Of a stretch of DNA of 64,000 nt, positions 57,145 through 64,000 are shown piece by piece. The number at the start of each line of letters is the position of its first letter. Positions within the stretch are counted from its first letter, which is position 1. Source of the DNA: Trichoplax adhaerens. Lineage: Eukaryota > Animalia > Placozoa. The notes beneath the pieces were generated by a model. The model ran no database searches. It worked only from the letters and a program-made list of their open reading frames with translations, and was not told the origin of the DNA. Location: assembly GCF_000150275.1 (NCBI RefSeq), contig NW_002060956.1, positions 256,145 through 320,144 on the forward strand. The letters are read 5' to 3'. The position numbers and the translations under genes were made by a program.

Positions 57145-58557
57145 TTTCCCAATTTTGGAGGATTGAAAACTTTTCCAAGATGACCTTCAGCATCTCTAAT
57201 GGGTACGCAAGCTGTCCAAACAGTCCCTTGATATTACAGTGTACAGTACTGTACACTGTAACAGTACTGAAGCCCACTCTAAGCAAAATGGATGTCATTG
57301 GTTGTGGCTCATTGACTATGCCGTAGTTGTACGCTTTAGGAAAAGAGTGGATAAAGCTATCTTTGTACCCTGTACTGTACAGGCCTAGAACAGATCTATC
57401 CACTTATTTCATTGATCTCTATGGATAAGGCAATGTCTGCTACTTAGCTCTGATAGTGACAGTACAGCACAGATTTCGAGCAGGAACTCTTCAAGAACGG
57501 AGGTCTTACGATATGAACGAAAAGCTGACAGGGTGACATCCGTTTCCACGCAGAATGTCTCACTGGGCTACAATGCAATGTACTGTACTTAATTGGGCGT
57601 GACCTGCTACTGTAACAGTTAACACTCGGACAATAATCACGTGATACAGTAACATTTCCAGTTGCCTTGATACAGTTTAGATTGAAAAATCCACGATAAA
57701 AATTGCCTTATTAGTGACCTCATTTTCACAAAACAGTCAGTCTATGAGGACTGCAAATGACCTACGCTGTACACTGTACAGTAGCATAGCCAGAAAAGAA
57801 CTTGTCAATAATATTGATACTGGCTACATCGACATTTCGTGCTGAAAAGCCCACCTGCGTCCACAGTATAACATACTGTAATTCAGGTTTGTACTGTACA
57901 CTGTGGCATCGGGTGATTAACGGCTTCACCAATACGCATGTGTAAACAATTTCAAATTTTCCTCATCCTTTAAAATTTCGATTCATTATTATTATTTAAA
58001 CAAACATACAGTACAGCAGCAGCGTAGCATAGCATAGCATCTACAGTTATATAATCTGTCCATACAAAGGAGAAGAAATTAAGTTGATTTATTTCCATTT
58101 GAATCAATTCTACGCAGTTGAATTAATAGCAAGAACTTGCATACCCAATAGAATGCAATGCAGTGCTTAGATCAAAATTACAGTAGATGTGATATACGTA
58201 TCTAGGAAACCGCAGTACGAATCGATTAAAAGTAGCAATTTTCGATAACATCTCAAGAATCAGGTAAGAGAGGCTCTTAATGTACAAGGATGATATTATC
58301 ATGGTGTTGTCATAGACTACTTGTATAGTAATAGCGATTCGATTCAATCTTGCATTCGATAGAATAACGGTAGGATTGATCAATATTTCTAAACATATTG
58401 TTGTAGAGAAATCTCGGACCTGCGTCCAAACATTGCAAGCATACGAAATCCAAAACAGCGATTGATTAGCAGCTAAAAGAGCTTGTCACAATACTCATTC
58501 AAGACATTTTTAGTACTGGAAATTTCGTTCAAATTACATCGTCTTGACTTGATAACG
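57145..58557. promoter_or_regulatory. Bidirectional promoter region between SLC12A and TBC1D31
   Basis: Head-to-head genes; TACAG/CTGTA clusters at 57235-57270, 57370, 57580, 57765-57785, 57890 and 58005; X-box-like GTTGCCTTGATAC at 57661-57673. Confidence 0.6.
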
Positions 58558-61500
58558 ATGCAACATTTAGACTTATTCAAGAAAAGCCATGGCAGTATAT
58601 GGCATCGAAAGCCAATAGCATCGAGTGAAGATGGGTAAGTTGATTCGTTACCTTACTGATATAGAATAGACCGAAATGATAATAGCTATCCAATTCACTA
58701 GCGTTACAGTAAACTCAATCGACTACTAATTCTAATCGAATATTTCTTACTACTCTACTGTATTAGCACAGTACCTACGTACTTACTGCTGTATAATATA
58801 ATAATATTTACATACATCTAAATTTTTTAACTTTGTTAGACTCCTCCTGACTATTACACGTAGTAGCTTACGTGCTTTTACACCAGGAGGTAACCGAACA
58901 ATTCGGTTTACTCAAGTAGCATTTGACCGATCTGGTCAACAATTTTTAGCGAGTGATCAACAAGGCAACCTCTATCAATTCAATTTAGCTAAAAACAAGT
59001 AAGATCAAAATCACTGATTTATATTTAGAAGAATACATTTTCCATCATTATCAGCTATAGATAAGTGATGGATGAAAGCTGATATTAATCAATAAAAGGA
59101 TGCCAACATCTGCATCGATCTATATAACGATTCTTATAATGATATCGACACTGTCTTTAACAGGCTATGAATTTATTTGAACAGGTTTAAATCATTATTG
59201 AATACTGGTGTTCCATGCACAACTTTATCATTTAATCTTCAACGAAAGAATGAAGCCCTCGTAGCATTGTCTGACTGTTTGCTAAAATGTTATGATATCA
59301 GTAAGTCATTTGGTTTAACTCTGTTTGATTTGAATACAGTAGAATTCCAAATTATAAAAAACACATCTATCGTTTAACTTTCTTTCATGCCTGCGTTATT
59401 TATAGCGTATCAAGACGTTCAATATTCAAATATTCATGAAATAGATAATTACAGATGACTATATCAAGAATTGCAGTGATCATCATGACTAGAAAAACAT
59501 CCGCTATCTATCGATAATAAAATCTTAGATAACTTTTTATTACACTGATCTTGATTGGCCTGAGAATATTACAAACTTAATTTTTTTGTCCTGGTTGCTA
59601 TATAAAAATATGATATACGTACTACTGTAGTCTATTGAAACAGTTACAATACTATACCATCAATCTCTATTTATATCATGCAACAAATCACAAATAATAA
59701 TTTGCATTTGACTACATATGTAATCATCAATGAAGTATAGAATTCTAAAGTCAAAGTGTATAATATCAGTACGCTTGATTTAGTAATTTTACCTACTGGT
59801 ATAGTTAGCAAAAGATGTGATAATTACTCTACGTTATTTTTCTATAATTAATTATTTAGCAACAAAAGAAGTTGTGTGTTGGATGAAGGGTCACGATACG
59901 GCTATAAATTCAATTTCCATCCATTCATCTGGTCGTTATGCGTTAACAGCATCGAATAAAGTTGCTCATTTATGGGACTTAGAGACATTTACGCATCAAA
60001 GAACGCTAAATGGAGCTCAAAAAGTTGGCATTATGAAGGTAAATAATATAATATGTATGTAAAAAAATATTCGGCGATATATATCTCTCTAAGTGATTAA
60101 TGTGAAACTAAAATAATTGTTAAACTATTTACTAACATTGCCACAAATAGGCAGTAGTCACATAGTTACACCACCGAATGGTGCATGTAGATATATTAGA
60201 AAGAAAAGAATTACCTATACTTTCAACACATCAATTAAGTGATTAGGCGTCTACTGCAGCGAAATATTTGTATTATATCAAATATTATCATACGAGTATC
60301 ATGCACTTCTTCTACGAAATGTACATGAAAGAGAGAATATTATTTCCCTGAACTATTCTTCATTAGACTTTAAATTGATGTTTATTATCATTAAAAACTA
60401 TATGCCGATATATTTAATGGAATGATCTATTGAATCGTAGGTTTGTTTCTTACCTTCCTCCAACAATATCTTAACATGCTTCAAAGATGATACTATCTTT
60501 GTTTGGGATATGGAAAATTTACAATGTCAGTACCAATTGCCAGTGCCACCCGGTAAAAATAAGCCATGCTATCGTAGTTTAGCTACAACCAGTGATGGTC
60601 AATACTTAATTGCTGGTGGAAGGTATGATCACATACAATTTTCTCCTCGATAACATAAGCTATACTAATATAAGTAATTATGATCTTGTTTACCGTGTAA
60701 TGAATACAAATCGATTAACATCACTATTTTAGATCACGATTTCTTCATCTATGGACACTGGAAAACAAAAGATTGATTCGAATTATTCAATTACCCCTAT
60801 GTGTTAAAAATGTTAAGCTTATCGCATTTTTACCCGATAGTCTGGATACAAGTTCAAGTCAGGTATATAAATTAATCAATAAACGTTATGTTATCAACAT
60901 TAACTGTTAAACTATTGTAATTATAAGTAAAAATACTTATGGATACAATTCTGCAAAATAATTGATTATCATAACTTCTAATAAGAACCCGCTTATTGTA
61001 TTTATTTATAGACTGTTGGTGTTCTATCCCAAGATGGTATTATGCGCTTCATTAATATTCACAACTGTAATCTCCTTTTCGAAATTGGAACTCAAAACAA
61101 CGTATATATGATTATAATAATTATTGCTTTACCCTTCTTTAAAAATATGGATGGATGATAAATCTTATTATTCCCTTTAGCCTATTCACCAAGCTACAAT
61201 CAACTCAAATGGAAGATATGTTTTAGCTCTTATGGGAAATGGTAACATAAATTTATATAGCATAGCAAGTTTATCAACAGAAATTAAGAAGGTATTTGTA
61301 GAGATTTAAAATTTGAAACTCATATTTCAGTAAATTTGAACAGTAATTTCAAAAGTAATGTTGTCTCAATTTAGCCTCCGGAACCCATTACCAAAGCGGT
61401 CATAGTTAAAGATAAAGATGCATCGTCAACTGCTACTAATCGCGATAAACCAGCACGATATGCTGATTTGCATGGGATAGCTCCAGAGGATATAAATAAA

Positions 61501-62651
61501 AATATTAATTGGAATGGACCTCAAGCAGTGATTAGTAAAAACACTGATCGTTGGAACAAGGATTTAGAATTAGCAGTTACGAATAGACCAATTGTAAAGC
61601 GAAATTATCGGCAAACATCGAAGGTAATACATACTTTTAACTAAATTAGTTTAAATTTATCTTAAATTTTCGAATGTGTTTAATCAATAGTTATAAAACT
61701 AGTGATGATTCACAAAAGTAAATCTAATGCTCTAGCGACTTTTGTTAACTTTTTAGAGCAACGATTTATATGACCGTCTTGACATTAAAAGATTACATAG
61801 GATCTTAAAAGGGTTTGGAGAGTATCCATCAAAGTATAGGTATGCCATAAATCGATATAATCCGTCTTTATTCTGTAATACATTAGGTAGTTACTGACAT
61901 CATTTATATTTCTTTCTCATTCTTTACATTTCAGAATTTTTATATGGCGTTCATTACTTAAACTACCGGAAAATCATGAATGCTATAGTAATCTAATCGA
62001 GAAAGGAACACATTCAGCCTTTATAAAACTAGATGAAGAGTACCCAATTAAAAGCAGGAAACTACTAAATAACCTCCAAAAGTAAACAAGAATAGAATTA
62101 TGCATTTCGTATATCGTAGGAAGAATTAAATTAGTATTTTTAATAGGATATAGGTTTAATGAACATTCAAGGATTCTATATATTGATATTCCAAATTAGA
62201 TAATTGAATGCTTTACGGTATATAGTAGGAGCATCTAACTTGATATAAGAAAATTATCTTTCTAACTTATGATCATTCATGTATATGCTACAGAACTTTA
62301 TCTGCACTGGCTCACTGGTCTCCAATATTTGGTGAAGTCCATTACCTGCCTTTGCTAATCTTTCCGTTCGTTAAATTATTTCAAAATAATCATCTGATAT
62401 GTTTTGAAGTTATCGCTACTATTATAGGTATCGTATTGTAGCGTATATTAATTATTTAATTCAACACTAATATGTAGTCTTTAATAGGGTATTGAACAGA
62501 TTTTTAATACTTCTTAGTGAATTGGTGCCAGAAATGGTTTGAGTTTTTTCCGAATCCTCCTATTAATATCTTGAGTTCTATCGAAAACATGCTAGGAGCT
62601 CATGACTCCGAATTACTTGATCATTTTATTCGAAATAAAATAAAATCACAG
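58558..62651 (+). CDS. TBC1D31: TBC1 domain family member 31 (WDR67), 5' part only: 13 exons, interrupted by the gap
   Basis: MQHLDL..GSIWHRKP; DQQGNLYQF; FNLQRKNEALVAL; WMKGHD..SISIHSSGRYALT; LSQDGIMRFINI; LKGFGEYPSKYRIFIWRSLLKLPEN; NWCQKWFEFFPNPPINIL. Confidence 0.93.
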
Positions 62652-62720
62652 GTGTTTAAGCTTAATACTCGCTAATTGATATCTTTGTAGCTTTCACTTC
62701 TTATTTATTTACATTTATGG

Positions 62721-62770
62721 NNNNNNNNNNNNNNNNNNNNNNNNNNNNNNNNNNNNNNNNNNNNNNNNNN
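62721..62770. other. Assembly gap (50 N)
   Basis: Run of N; it must hide the rest of TBC1D31 and GMDS exon 1. Confidence 0.99.
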
Positions 62771-63469
62771 GTAAGTGGAAAACTGCACATGGAACACATG
62801 CAACTTTCATTTCGGCTCCTACATATACAGTACAGTAGTACAGTACTCCACTTTTAATCGACTTACAATGCACGATAACTACGTATTAGTACTGCATGTC
62901 TCTTACTGTATAATGCATGAGTGATTAATATGAATGATTATATCAAATCAACACATTAAAAGCTAACTTGACTCATTCTATATTCTCTTGACCAAAAACA
63001 ACGCCTCGTTCTATCACTGTCTCGTTTGAACTCTCCTGCTGCACAAATGAAAATGGACTTCATCACCTACCGTTACATCACTTACATTCTTAATCACAGC
63101 TATTACTTCTTGAATATAAATGGCATGCACACATAGATTCCGTTAATCTAAGTTCAAGATTCGTAGTTAGCCCATCCTATAATATAGGACATACATATAT
63201 TACTTATATTCTTTATACTATCTTCTCAACGAACGATATTATCCTAGATTCTTACAGTGTTTATACATGTTCAAAACTTGACTGAGTCTGCAACTGTGCT
63301 GAATAATAATACTCCATTAACATTTATAAATTGCATGACTACGTAGAAATTGGATACCGCTAACTCTATTCTTGGTTACGGTATCACCATTAGATTTAAT
63401 GCTTTATATCGCCGAATCTTTGCTATCGCAACTCCATAAAAACTAACTAAGAATTCATATTCTTTACAG

Positions 63470-64000
63470 GACGGCTCTTACCTGGCAGAGTTACTTATCA
63501 ATAAAGGTTATGAGGTAAGCGCCTAAAAGCATCAGTCGTAATTAATTTTGCGTTCAAGGTACACCATCTTTTTATGTATAGTATTAAGTAGCCTCTTTAT
63601 TATTCTCATTCGAGCACGATTATCACTCTACAGTATGTTTGGATGTACGCTGTATCATTCCAACATACTTTGCACCGGATACTATTCACTTTATATTTTG
63701 ACAATTTAAAAAAGTTGTAAAAGTATAAGCTCGACAATGTCACAATTTTAAATTATCTATTTATTAAGAATCTGCCTATGTGCTAGTATCATAATCTAAA
63801 TCTTGTAAAAAAGCTTAAACTAGTGAATTATTTATCCAGTTGCCGTCATGACGTTATTATAATTCAGTTTATGCCTTAGCACATGTTACAAGACAAATCT
63901 ATTCACTTTTTAAAATTGTATATCTCACTTTAGTATAAGAAATCTTATAGTAATTATGTAATATTCATCTTATCTCAGGTTCACGGAATTATTAGGCGAT
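63470..64000 (+). CDS. GMDS: GDP-mannose 4,6-dehydratase, partial (internal exons)
   Basis: Exon 63470-63514 encodes DGSYLAELLINKGYE and exon 63979-end encodes VHGIIRR. GTAAGT immediately after the gap (62771) is probably the exon-1 donor. Confidence 0.88.

Overview
AT-rich (roughly one-third GC), compact eukaryotic genomic DNA with short spliceosomal introns and animal-type genes. The style suggests an early-branching animal, most likely a placozoan (Trichoplax-like); that species call is inference only. I spliced exons by hand and found 13 protein-coding genes: BTBD9(-), WRNIP1(-), an intronless orphan class-A GPCR(+), SYS1(+), ORC6(-), DECR1(+), COX4(+), a C20orf96/DUF4618 homologue(-), FAM192A/PSME3IP1(-), HIBCH(+), a KCC-type SLC12A(-), TBC1D31/WDR67(+, cut by an assembly gap) and GMDS(+, partial). 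The main observations are: (1) dense clusters of a (TACAG/CTGTA)n pentamer at nearly every housekeeping 5' end, but not at the GPCR, suggesting a lineage-specific promoter code; (2) three U12-type (minor) introns within about 10 kb, one apparently with rare AT-AT termini and a duplicated U11-like site; (3) a palindromic RFX X-box inside the C20orf96 minor intron; (4) a tandem duplication of the COX4 promoter and first 10 codons that creates a long upstream ORF; (5) SPAK/OSR1-type RFxV motifs in the KCC C-terminal insert; (6) two satellite arrays upstream of BTBD9, one with a higher-order dimer; (7) a GC-AG intron in DECR1. No rRNA, tRNA, CRISPR array or recognisable transposase was seen.
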